The notes below the pieces were generated by a model. The model was not told the DNA's origin, ran no database searches, and saw only the letters and a list, made by a program, of their open reading frames with translations. Shown piece after piece: positions 1-10,506 of a DNA stretch of 16,240 nucleotides. The translations under genes and the position numbers were made by a program. The first letter of the stretch is position 1, and each line of letters begins with the position of its first letter. This stretch comes from Paraspadella gotoi (taxonomy: Eukaryota; Animalia; Chaetognatha), in contig CM119266.1 of NCBI GenBank assembly GCA_051294375.1, forward strand, positions 12,357,242 through 12,373,481, written 5' to 3'.

Positions 1-692
1 GACGCGACGATTGGATTTTTCCCGCGACATTTCCCCTCTTCTTCGAGGGGCAAAAAAAGCCCCGAAGAGAAAAAAAGGGCCGCGTGCCGCGATGACCCAA
101 ATCGACGACCCGCGAGCCACGAAAACCGCGGCGACCGTCTCCGCCGAAGCGGAAAGAGGAATTCCTCGAGAAAAAAAAAGGGATGAAAATGATCATCTGG
201 TCCCCGGGAATTCGCGATCTTCCAGTGGGGGGGGGGGAATTGGCCCGAGGGAAAGAAAAGATCGACGATCAATTTCTTCGTCGGGGAACGAGCGTTCGAC
301 ATTAATCGTTGACCAAAAAAATGGCAGGTTTTTTTCTTATTCTCTTTTGAAGTTGAAACAAATTGAGCTTGTCAAAAAGAATAAGTGAAAAAAAAAGAAG
401 ATCAGTTCGAGGACGAAGCTAGTTTTTCACTTTGAAAAAAAAAGATGAAATGAAAACCGGCTAATTAAAGGAAAAAATCAAGGGAGGACGATTGGAACAC
501 CAAAAAAAGTGTACGGAGCGGCGAATGAGTAATTTTTTAAAGGGACCCTAATTCGACGTTTGCCACTTCGTAGGAAGGAAAAATATTAAAACGGTTTCAT
601 CAAACACGAAACCAAGGATCGAGTCAAAAAGTTATAAAGGAAAAAAAGCAGTAAAAAAGACCGAAAAACAAGAAAAGCGAAAAAAATATATG

Positions 693-767
<75 letters not shown>

Positions 768-796
768 GAGTGAGAGAGAGAGAGAGAGGAGAGAGA

Positions 797-831
<35 letters not shown>
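693..831 (+). repeat. (GA)n microsatellite, ~140 bp, a few interruptions
   Basis: Read directly from sequence; abuts copy A of the 555-bp duplication. Confidence 0.97.
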
Positions 832-836
<5 letters not shown>

Positions 837-1386
837 CCGTTCGGTTTTATCGGCGTCGAGCTCGTCAGGGGGCGCCGTCCGTTAACACCCTCGCGAAATA
901 AATTACGAAATTTTAAAAAAGTGTTAAAAAGAAAAAGGAAAAGTTAAAACTTTAAAAGACGACACGTTGCGAACGTCGGAGAATTTTTTTTTTTCATCCG
1001 GGGATTTCAGTTTTCACCATCGACGCGACGAGGATGAAAGGTTTTTTTTTAAATTTTTATTTTAATAGATTATATTTTTTTTATTTCCCATATAAATTTC
1101 CCGCTCGAGTTCCGAACATGAAAATCACGACTTATACTGGGGCCGGAAAGCATCTGTAAATATCAAAGGGAACAAAATGTAAATAAAATCTCATTTGCAA
1201 TATTGTAGCCGAAAGATGAAAAAGAGCGAAATAAAAAGCGGAAAATTCATTCACTTGGTAAAAGTGTCATTAAATTAAGTTTTTGATAATTAATAGAACC
1301 CTATTACCATAAATACATAAAAGCTTTTTTTAAGTTTTTCAATCGAAAGGTTTAACTTTCAATATTTCAACGTTTTAATAATTTCA
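831..1386 (+). repeat. Copy A of a ~555-bp direct duplication (copy B 11951-12500)
   Basis: Colinear by-eye alignment from AAATATCCGTTCGG to ...CAACGTTTTAAT..TTCA; differences are mostly 1-3 nt indels. Confidence 0.95.
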
Positions 1387-2153
1387 AGACTTATCGGTCT
1401 TTTTATTTATAAAGAAACTTTAATGACAATGACGAAATAGTTCTGTCATTACTCTAGGAGGCGATATATTGTTATCTGTTTAGTGGTATTAATTAACAAA
1501 AATGCTTCAAAAAGGCCTCCGGCTTAAAAGGCATCTTAAACCCTGTCTATATGGAATCACCGTTCTATCTAGACGTCCAAACACGGCACGCTCTTCCTCG
1601 CGCTGCGCCGCTCGGACGATTTCGCTCGCAGATCCAGGCTCGTCGAAAGCGCGTGATTGGAGCCCGGCGCGGCTAGACGTCGTCGAAACACCCGAGGCGG
1701 CGCCGCTTCGCGACCCGCGCGCGGCGCCAAACCGGGCATGAAGAATACTGGAGACGTCGAGGCCAGCGACGCAGTCGACGAGGCCTTTCGTGAATCAACG
1801 ATGATGATGGTCGCGAAGATTCTGGACCTCTGATGTCGAGAATTCCGCCAATGAAAGGACGAGGGCTTTCGTGGTAGGAGAGGCGAGAAGAAGCGGTAAG
1901 GGCGGCACTTGACGCCGAGAGGGTTTTTGATAGGGGCGGTGCTTGCAAAATTTTGATCATTTCAATAAGAAATTAATTTCATTTGCTTTTTTAAAACAAA
2001 ATATTAATCAAACATTTCCGATTATTATATCTTTCTCCCACTAATTATAACAATTTTAAAAGTGAGTAAAAATGCGAACCCACCATCCTGTTTTGTTTTT
2101 TCAACTGCCACACCACGTCGAAACCTCAATCGTGCCCTGCCGCGTATAACTCT

Positions 2154-2235
2154 CCCCTTAAAAAACCCTAGCCACCCTAAATCTCTAAAAACCCTCACCC
2201 CTATTGTCGCCCCAAAGCCCTTCCCCATTCGACCC
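2154..2235 (-). other. G-tract cluster (potential G-quadruplex) containing TAGGG/TTTAGGG-like words
   Basis: Nine runs of >=3 C on + strand starting at 2154, 2166, 2175, 2192, 2198, 2210, 2218, 2223 and 2233. Confidence 0.6.
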
Positions 2236-2239
2236 TTAC

Positions 2240-2371
2240 CGTTTGATCCGCCGGGCGGCGCGCTGCTTGATTGGCCCCCATGTTCGGCTTCCAATAGGGA
2301 GAGTGCCAACGGGGAGAAAAGGAATTCCTGCGATGCGAGGCTAATCCAAAGTTGATTTTTGATTTTGCAAT
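2240..2371 (-). CDS. Candidate internal exon (132 nt, phase 0-0), unknown product IAKSKINFGLASHRRNSFSPRWHSPYWKPNMGANQAARRPADQT
   Basis: Minus strand: acceptor CCTTCTCCCCAG|ATT, donor ACG|GTAAGG, stop-free, length divisible by 3. No homology recognised. Confidence 0.3.
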
Positions 2372-2556
2372 CTGGGGAGAAGGATCCATATACACGTTAT
2401 TTAGTTGTTGGTAGTTTGTAATTTATACATTTAATATTTTATAGAAAACCGAATACGTCGAGAAGTCCTTGAAGGTCCTCTGACGAATAACGGCTTTAAA
2501 TTTTGATCAACAAAAAGTCACAAAAAGTGAAAATTCTAATTTCCAAAAATATAAAT

Positions 2557-3139
2557 TTAAAAAAAAAAAAAAAAACCGGAGCTTAAAATAATGGCAGCGA
2601 ATCCATCCTCACATGTTATTGTTGTGAATTTGATGATAAATCGCCTTCCTTCGACGAAAGATTCCACACGACACGCTCTTAATGACCGGAAGTCTGGCGC
2701 CTCCGTCGGCACACCGCGCGCAGACCGTCGGGCGCTGCGCACGCTCACAGTCACCGAGCGCCGCCGGGCGCCGGAAGTGAGCCGAAAGACCCGCCCACCG
2801 CCGATCGACGACTGCGGAAGACCGCGCGGGTGGAACCGAAGTCTCGGTCGCGGGGCGCGGATAATCGGACGAAGCTGGCGGTGGTTAAGTTTTAATGCCG
2901 GAGTCGCAGTCGACGGCGCGGGAGAGTTCCGCGGGTCGGGAGACCGGAGGGTAAGGTCTCCGGTAAAGGTCGAGAGCAGACGCGCTGAAACCGCGCGTTT
3001 CGCGTTGAGGGGAAGAGGGGGAGGAAGGCGGCGCGTGAGGGACGAGGCGGAGGGGGAGGAGGATGAAGGAAGAGGAGAGGAGGAGGAGGACGGAGCGAGG
3101 CTTGATCAAAAGCTGAAAGAAACCAGAGGGGTAGATTGA
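2557..3139. other. GC-rich island with long stop-free frames on both strands (possible exon)
   Basis: + ORF 2591-3139 (182 aa); a minus frame is stop-free from ~3105 to 2557 (S/P/R-rich); minus acceptor-like TTTCTTTCAG at 3113-3122. Long frames are expected in GC-rich DNA. Confidence 0.2.
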
Positions 3140-3520
3140 AATGATGAATCGGATTTTTTTGGGGGGGGGATGAGGGGCGAGCTAACCGGACGCAAGTATC
3201 TCCATCAGACGAGAAAATTCGATCGAAGAAGCGAAATTACAGACCCCCCTAGCTTAGAACTAACCTACTTTTCGAAAAAAAACGACTACCCCCTAACCCG
3301 TTTAAGCCATCTCAATAAAACCAGACCCAGTCTCTGAGCGAAAAGATAGGAATAAAACCGCAAAGCGAAAATTTCGCGCGCAAAAGTCAAAATCAGAAAT
3401 GGCGGAAAGGGATAAAAAAAGAGGAGAAATTCCGCCCGGAAAAAAGAAATTCTTTTTTAATCTCTCATATTGGGTTTTCGCGAAAATATCGTAGACTGAA
3501 AAAAAAGGGAAGACTGCGCC

Positions 3521-3555
3521 AGAGAGAGAGAAAGAGAGAGAGAGGAAGAGAGAGA

Positions 3556-3608
<53 letters not shown>

Positions 3609-3622
3609 AGGAGAGAGAGAGA
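3521..3622 (+). repeat. (GA)n microsatellite, interrupted
   Basis: Read directly from sequence. Confidence 0.97.
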
Positions 3623-3831
3623 CACAGACACTTGAATAATGGAAAAAACAAAAAAAGAAGAAAGAGGTGGAACGAAAAAGAAAAAAAGGGAGCGCTGAAG
3701 AAATAAATTAAAGGGAGACAATCTTTCTTTATCCAACTAAATTTCCCCAATTTTTCTTTTTCCTAAATTTCTGTTTCCTTATTTATCTCCTCCATTTTTT
3801 CTCTCTCTTTTTTTATTTTCCTCTATCTTAC

Positions 3832-4043
3832 CTTCGATTTCCTTTCCTCCACCGACTCGAGATTTTCCTTTCCTCCTCCGAGCGCCTCTGGCGGACGGCG
3901 CGGCGAAGCGGTCGGGACTGTGGGCGTGCACGCTCGCGGGCGTTGGGCGACGAACCCCGTCGAACATGATGATGAGGATGAACGATACAGAGGAAGAACG
4001 AGGATCCGAAGGGAAACAACGAATCGGGGGTCCGAGTTTCGAT
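3832..4043 (-). CDS. Candidate internal exon (212 nt), unknown low-complexity product
   Basis: Minus strand: long polypyrimidine tract then TAACTCAG|ATC acceptor; donor AAG|GTAAGA; GC-rich; all three minus frames are open, so the frame cannot be assigned. Confidence 0.3.
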
Positions 4044-4211
4044 CTGAGTTACTTAAGTGGAAAAAAAGGGAGAAAAAGGAAAAAAGGAACAATTATAATT
4101 TCGTCGGTAATCAGACTTCTTTTTTTTTTTTTTTTGGGCGAATCGATTTTTCAAGAAGGATCACCAAAAAAAAGTTCGACGGCGAGATCGTGACTTAGAG
4201 TTGGGGTAAAC

Positions 4212-4225
4212 AGAGAGATAAGAGA

Positions 4226-4321
<96 letters not shown>
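4212..4321 (+). repeat. (GA)n microsatellite
   Basis: Read directly from sequence. Confidence 0.97.
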
Positions 4322-4701
4322 ATGCTTTCACTGTGTCAGGATGTTTTATGATGATTTCGTTCGAGGTCAGACGAGTGAGTCATTTGTTCGTCATCATCCT
4401 TCGTGATAAAACGGACTATTACTTCTCAAATGCCTTTCGTTGATTTTAACTACTACGAACGTTAATCTGCTCAGTGGTTCGATGACTCTTCAACTTTAGG
4501 TTTTTTTTTTAATCATGGCGTTTAAACTAACAATGTGTTTACTATTTATTACGATTGCCAACAAAATCGGAATGTTTCACATCTCAAATAACTCTAATCG
4601 TTTAGCAAATTTAGTAAATGATAATCATTAAAATGCATTTAATGTTACTGTTAAAACTTCAGAATTTTCGAAACCAAGTGACCACTTGATATTATCGCAT
4701 A

Positions 4702-4790
4702 TTACTCATCTACCACCCATTCCCTTACCATTACTACCCATTACCTTACAATTACCACCGCATTACCCCTTAACAATTACACCCATATAC
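4702..4790 (-). repeat. Degenerate TTAC(C)/CATTACC repeat on + (GGTAA-rich, G-rich on minus)
   Basis: Nearly G-free + strand stretch with repeated TTAC/TTACC words and CCC runs. Confidence 0.7.
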
Positions 4791-5125
4791 CTTCCAACCG
4801 AATCCGTAGTCGTCGTCGATTCCCGTTGATTCTGTCCAAATCGAAACAAGAGAACTGCGCCGACGATCGCGACTGATTCCGGCGAGTCTGTGGGCGGCGG
4901 CGGCGGCACGAGGCGTACCGTTTGGCGGCGTCGGCTCGGGAAGGATAAGCACGCTCAATGGCCTCAGGCTGGCGAAGAAGAGCGTCGGACGAACGGGCAA
5001 AGGCGGAGACGGCGTTGGGCGCGGCGGTGCGGCGACGGCGCGGCGCTTGCGGCGGCAGCGGCTGTTCGTTGGCGTGTAACGAAGTCGACGCCTCGGAGAG
5101 AGACCTCCAGCGACTCGCCCGGTCG
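4791..5125 (-). CDS. Candidate internal exon (335 nt), A/P/R-rich unknown product
   Basis: Minus strand: acceptor CCTCTTCTCCGATTCAG|CGA, moderate donor AAG|GTATAT at the GC-island edge; two of three frames stop-free (one ends ...RRRSSLVSIWTESTGIDDDYGFGWK). Confidence 0.25.
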
Positions 5126-5483
5126 CTGAATCGGAGAAGAGGCCAGGGGAGCGGGTCAGGGGGAAAAATAAACTTGTTTTACGGAGATTTTTACCTAACG
5201 AAAATGAAAGAAAAATTTTGTTCCTCGGTGCCTGGATTGTGATTTTGTGGTTTATTACTTTTTTTTTTGGCGATAGCGAATTACATTTGCGAGAGTCAAC
5301 GGAAAAATATTCTTTTTTTTACTAATAGTCAAACGATATTCACGAAAGAAAAAAAATAGAATGTAAAATGATAAAACAGTTTGAGTTTTATTCTCATAAA
5401 AAAACTAAAAAAAAATTAAACAGTGAGAATGAGAACAGAGAAACGAATGCGAAGAAAGGCGAGGGGATGAAAAGACGACGGGC

Positions 5484-5490
5484 GAGAGAG

Positions 5491-5534
<44 letters not shown>

Positions 5535-5558
5535 AAGAGAGAGAGAGAGAGAGAGAGA
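5484..5558 (+). repeat. (GA)n microsatellite
   Basis: Read directly from sequence. Confidence 0.97.
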
Positions 5559-5868
5559 AAGCGAGAGTTGAAAGGAGACCAGAGATAGAGCAAAAGAGAG
5601 AAAAGGATGAATGAATGAGTAAAAAAAAAATCAAAAAAAGTTTGCTATCGTAAAAAATGTTTAAAAATTATTTATCTTAGAGCAGATATAAAAAAAAAAG
5701 AAAATAGCTCTAGAAGATATTAAGACACGAATCTCGGACGAAGATTACGAAACGCGCGAATCTCGTGAGATTTACGTAAGAATCGTGGAAGATTCGCTGC
5801 AGGGAGAGAAAGTGTGGAGTGAGAGAGAAAGAGATGACAGAAAGAAGAGAGAGTGAGAAAGAAAGAGG

Positions 5869-5875
5869 GAGAGAG

Positions 5876-5923
<48 letters not shown>

Positions 5924-5950
5924 CAGAGAGAGAGAGAGAGAGAGAGAGGA
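5869..5950 (+). repeat. (GA)n microsatellite within a purine-rich tract (~5800-6165)
   Basis: Read directly from sequence. Confidence 0.95.
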
Positions 5951-7601
5951 AAAGAAATAATTAGATAATTAGACAAAAAAGAAAGGGAAAAAAAATAAAG
6001 AGAGAAAAGAAAAAAAAGAAAGAGAGAAAAGAAAGAAAGAATGAAAAAGAAATCTAAAAGAAAAGCTAGGAAAAAACGAAGATAGGTCCCGTCTATTTGG
6101 CAAGAGTAGAGAAAAACCGAAAGAGAAAGAGGAGAAAGAAAAGTGAAAGTGATGAATGAAGAGGAAACCACGTGATCCAGACGTCGACTCGAAATTGAAA
6201 TTCTTCTGGCCGCAGGCAGATGTAGAGATCCTTCAAAGAAAACTTAAGATCGAATGAATAAAGAAAATTGAATAGAAAAATTGCATGAGAGGAGCGTCGG
6301 TAAAATTAGCATCAATATTCAAAATCATTATGTGAAATTGACAGTAATTCGATGAATAAAAAGTTTTATTTTGTTTTAAACTAAAGTTTAATTAGATATC
6401 CATCGTAAAAAAGATACTATAACTCAACGTTCGTCCCTCGAACCATAACAAAGGACGAATTTTGATAGGTTTAAAACCCAAATCGGCAGATGGCAGCGTC
6501 TTTGCTTTTTCTCCCAGTTTTACTCTTTATTCACGAAGGAAAAGCAAACAAATTCGTAGGATTAAAGTTTCCTTTCCTCCAAGTTTTGGAGTTTTTTTGA
6601 AATCCTCAATTCTGGGCTTCAAAGTCGTAAGAAAGATCGTTTTAAACTCGGTTTAACGAACAAAAAAACTCGTTTAATTCGATTCACAAAACTCGAACAG
6701 AACAAAGACGTCGGTTTTCGTCAAAAACGGGGAAACGAGAGAAAAAGGGAAATTTTTCGTAAAAGCGGACGATGATTGACGGACGAGGCCGAAAAGCTCG
6801 TTATTAAGGGAGGTGAATTGCAGGCATGTATGAATTGGTTAGTATTTGGAAATGGGTGGGGGTGATATGTGAAAAATACAGAGTTAATTTAGCACTAAGT
6901 TGTATATATTACATTATGAAGTCTTGTCTTATAAACAAATGATTGAGAATAAAAAAAAAATTTCGTCTTGAAAAAGATATATTCTTTAAAAAAGAAAAGA
7001 AGACAGCAAGAGAACAAAGAAAATAATAAAAAAAAACCACTGTAATAAAAAAAGAATAAAAATAAAAATAAATTTTATAGTCGTCCTCGTGGAGAAACGC
7101 GAGAACCCTTACCAGATGGCATCATAGCCATCATCTTACCTCGTGCTGCCGGAAGAGGCGCAGACGTTTGACGACGCTTCCCTCGTTCTTTCCTTCTTTA
7201 CGATTCTGTGTCCTTTGTTTTTGAAAGTGAAGAACCGGTGAAACCGTTAGACGTTAGGTCCGACAGAGAGAGGGCGCGATAGTCTTTTTATGCGATTCTG
7301 GAAAGAAATCGAGGAAAACAAAGTCAACGAAGATGGATAATGAGAGTAAAAGTATAAGGATGGTATGAAACTGGAGAGGGGGAGAAGGGTCGTCTAAAAG
7401 AGAGAGAGAAAGAGAAAAAGAAAGAATCACCGGTTTATTTATCTTGGTGAAGATCATCACGAGGATTGGCCGTTAAAATTAGCGGGGGAAAAAAATCTGA
7501 CTTTTCTTCTTTTTTTTTCTAGCTAAGACAAACAAAAACCGAGATCGTTTTTCGATCTAGAAAACAATTTTCTTTTTTTTTCTTAGGAGAAAGAGAGAGA
7601 C

Positions 7602-7652
7602 ATGTTTTTTCTGACTCGAGTATACATTGTATAATTCGAGTCAGAAAAACAT
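7602..7652. repeat. Near-perfect 51-bp palindrome (hairpin/cruciform)
   Basis: Left arm ATGTTTTTTCTGACTCGAGTATACA; reverse complement of right arm ATGTTTTTCTGACTCGAATTATACA; single central T. Confidence 0.9.
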
Positions 7653-7778
7653 CCTTTTTTTACTCATTTTTTTTCTGAGGGGGGAAGGAGGGGGAGGCGA
7701 GAAAACTACAGCAAAGCCTTTGTATCTTCGACAGGGCCGGCCTTTTTTTTTTTAAGGGAGAAGGGAGGGAGAGAAGGC

Positions 7779-7853
<75 letters not shown>
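7779..7853 (+). repeat. (GA)n microsatellite
   Basis: Read directly from sequence. Confidence 0.97.
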
Positions 7854-8883
7854 TAATTTGGTCTTTACCTCCTTTTTTTTTTCATTATCGGGTTAAAATT
7901 ATTTCGAGTCAAAAACATCTGATTTCCGAGTCGCGAGAATTAAAAAAAAAAGGAAAGAGCGGGAAAATATTTTAAAAAAGATTTAATAAAAAAAGAATAA
8001 AAAAAATAAAACCACCTCAATGAACTTCTGACTTTTCTGAACTTTTTTTTCCTTTGGGGGATTGAGCGAATTGATGGGATTTTAGAATACTCCCCAAATG
8101 AAGAAAAAAAAAAATGGATGGCTTTGATTGAAAAAAAAAAAATAAAGAGCTTCAACTTAATTGATAATGTAATTACGAAGCAGCCCATTTTCAAAGGCTT
8201 AGCTTGGCAAAGGGAATACGATAAGACGGAACAGACAGTCCCTTACAAAAGAACTGTTGTCGGACAGCGAGAGAAAGTCGCCCAGATTAAAACTTTCAAG
8301 TTTGAATGAAAGCGAGAGACGCTCGGAATGAAGAGGAGAAAATTTAAGAAGATGAGAAGAGTCTTTCTAATTTAAAGATTAGGGAAGATTTAGTTGGAGG
8401 GCAAAGGTTTTGGATTCGCCGAAACTCCAATTCACAGAAACTTTAGAAAAGGAGATTCGATCTTTCAAAGTCATGTCAGAGATTAAAGAAATATTAATTA
8501 AAAATTTAAGCAATTTAAGGGGTTAATACGTACTTATAACAATATAGCTATGGCTTATTATAAATATCGCGAAGCTCGAGGGCGGCTATTTATGTTCAAC
8601 ATCCATAAAAAAAACTTGTTTTGGCCGTAAATTTATTTTTTTCTCCCGCTAACATCCGGCCTTAAAACATTTGGTTTCGCTCTTCAACGAGAAGGAATTA
8701 AAATGTATTCCGGTCAACCAGATGTTAGCTTGCCGTGGTTTAATTTTTAACCTGATGAGTGAGCATTTCGTATGCATACGAAGGTTTAGATTAAGAAAGC
8801 TTGGAATCTTTTGAATTGATGCATAAAGAAACATAAAGAACATACAACAACTTTTTAAAAAATAAAATTTACATTTAATAATG

Positions 8884-8912
8884 CTAATACTAAACTAATA
8901 CTAATACTAATA
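8884..8912 (+). repeat. (CTAATA)~5 short tandem repeat
   Basis: CTAATA CTAAA CTAATA CTAATA CTAATA. Confidence 0.8.
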
Positions 8913-8928
8913 GTAGTTAAAAACTCAC

Positions 8929-9306
8929 TTGCGCCTCAACTCGCGGATTTCCGTCGAAACGTTCGTCGATGCGTTGCTCTTTCGTTTTCCTTTTCAGCGC
9001 CTCTTTAATGTTGAACCAAAGATCCGAAGATCGACGCCGTTCGTCGTCGTCGCTTCTTCGCTTCGTCTTCGTCGTCGTCGTTGGCGACGGAAACGCCGGC
9101 GTCGGCGGCGCCGCTCGGGACGGCGTCATCGTTGAGGCGTTCCGAAGACTCCTCTTGAGCGGAAGAGTAAGCGGAACTGGAGGAGGAGCTGGAGCTGAGA
9201 TGGAGCAGGGAGAGGAGTCGAAAGAGATGGAGCGGTTGAGATGGAAAATTGGATGTAGAAGTTTTAAAATCTCGGATGTCAACAAAATAAAGTTCGGGGA
9301 AAACAT
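8929..9306 (-). CDS. Candidate coding exon (up to 126 codons), S/P/T-rich then K/R/E/D-rich, unknown protein
   Basis: ORF 8917-9306; ATG in TTCAAATG context; consensus donor CAA|GTGAGT (phase 0) at the GC-to-AT transition, three codons before the ORF stop. No homology recognised; 5' boundary uncertain. Confidence 0.35.
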
Positions 9307-9814
9307 TTGAAATAAAATAAATTATTTCATTGTGTAAATTTTATTTAATTTTATTTTGGATGCAAAAATTCAGTGACGATTTTCGTCAAATCAAATGTGA
9401 TGTGAAACGACATGTAAGACGAGCGTTCGCGTGAGTCTATCCCCTTTTCACAGCCTTCGTGAGACGAGAGACTGCGATTTGTGAATATAACGCGTCGGTG
9501 ACAGTGAAAGTCGGAGAAGCAGAATCGCTCGTCGTCGTGATCGTCGTCGTCGTCGTTGTTCGTCGCGCCGAAAGAAATAATGAGGCCGATGACAATCGGG
9601 GGAACCAGACAAAGTGAAAGAGAAAAAAAATGGAAAAGAAAATGTGAGTCGAACGCGGAGAGAAATGAGGAAAGAAAAAAAAGAATGAAAAAAAAAAGAG
9701 AGAGGAACAGAAAAAATAATAATGGCGGAAAGGTAATTTTCTGTCGAGAACAAAAGGACAACGAGAGCAAAACGTGTCAGAGCCTAAAATATCCTTTTTT
9801 TGAGGAGAAGGAAG

Positions 9815-9817
<3 letters not shown>

Positions 9818-9905
<88 letters not shown>
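9818..9905 (+). repeat. Perfect (GA)44 microsatellite
   Basis: 88 bp uninterrupted. Confidence 0.98.
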
Positions 9906-9908
<3 letters not shown>

Positions 9909-10034
9909 CTAACGATTGCCGAAGAGAGTGTTTTTGTGAGTGAAAATGAAAAATCAGCGCTTTCCAAAATTGAACGACCATCAAATTTTTTTCTCGCTCC
10001 ATTCTTTTTGATGTGAATAATCGATGTCTATAGG

Positions 10035-10060
10035 GATCCAGATCCCAGATCCCAGATCCC
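10035..10060 (+). repeat. (GATCCCA)~4 short tandem repeat
   Basis: GATCCA GATCCCA GATCCCA GATCCC. Confidence 0.85.
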
Positions 10061-10354
10061 GCCGACCGCTCCCGCTGGTTCCAAAAAAAAAAAAAAACAA
10101 AAAAGAGAAAGTGGAAGGAGGAAAGGGAGGGAGAGAGCGAGTGAGGAAGAGAGGGGTTAGGGAGGAGGACGAGGAAGGAAAGAGGGAGAGATTTATGAAA
10201 ATAGAAAGTCTTCCCAGAAACAAAACAAAAATGAAAAAACACAATAGAACAAAAAATAGAAACAAAACAGAGACTCAGAGAAGAGAACCAGTCACACACT
10301 CAAAAAGAAAAGCTAAAAAAGAGATAATTACTTAAAAAGTATAAAGAAAGTATT

Positions 10355-10506
10355 AGAAAGAAAGAAAGAAAGAAAGAAAGAAAAGAAAGAAAGAAAGAAG
10401 AAAAAAGAAAGAAAGAAAGAAAGAAAGAAGAAGAAAAAAAGAAGAAAGAAAGAAAGAAGAAAGATAAGAAAGAAAGAAAGAAAGAAAGAAGAAAGAAAGA
10501 AAGAAA
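10355..10506 (+). repeat. (GAAA)n tetranucleotide microsatellite, interrupted by GAA units
   Basis: Read directly from sequence. Confidence 0.95.

Noticed and set aside
2163-2203. Interstitial telomeric repeat
   Set aside because: Only one exact CCCTAAA and no tandem periodicity.
2591-3139. Longest + strand ORF (182 aa, R/G/E-rich) as a gene
   Set aside because: No recognisable domain; GC-rich and purine-rich sequence is stop-poor, and an equally long open frame exists on the opposite strand.
1421-7558. Small hairpins (TAATGACA/TGTCATTA 1421-1451; ACCGGAG/CTCCGGT 2943-2964; GATGGC/GCCATC 7115-7132; AGATCG/CGATCT 7542-7558)
   Set aside because: Stems of 6-8 bp are expected by chance in 16 kb; there is no prokaryotic context for terminators.
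8118-8309. 63-aa + ORF with protein-like composition
   Set aside because: Short, no recognisable homology and no convincing splice boundaries.
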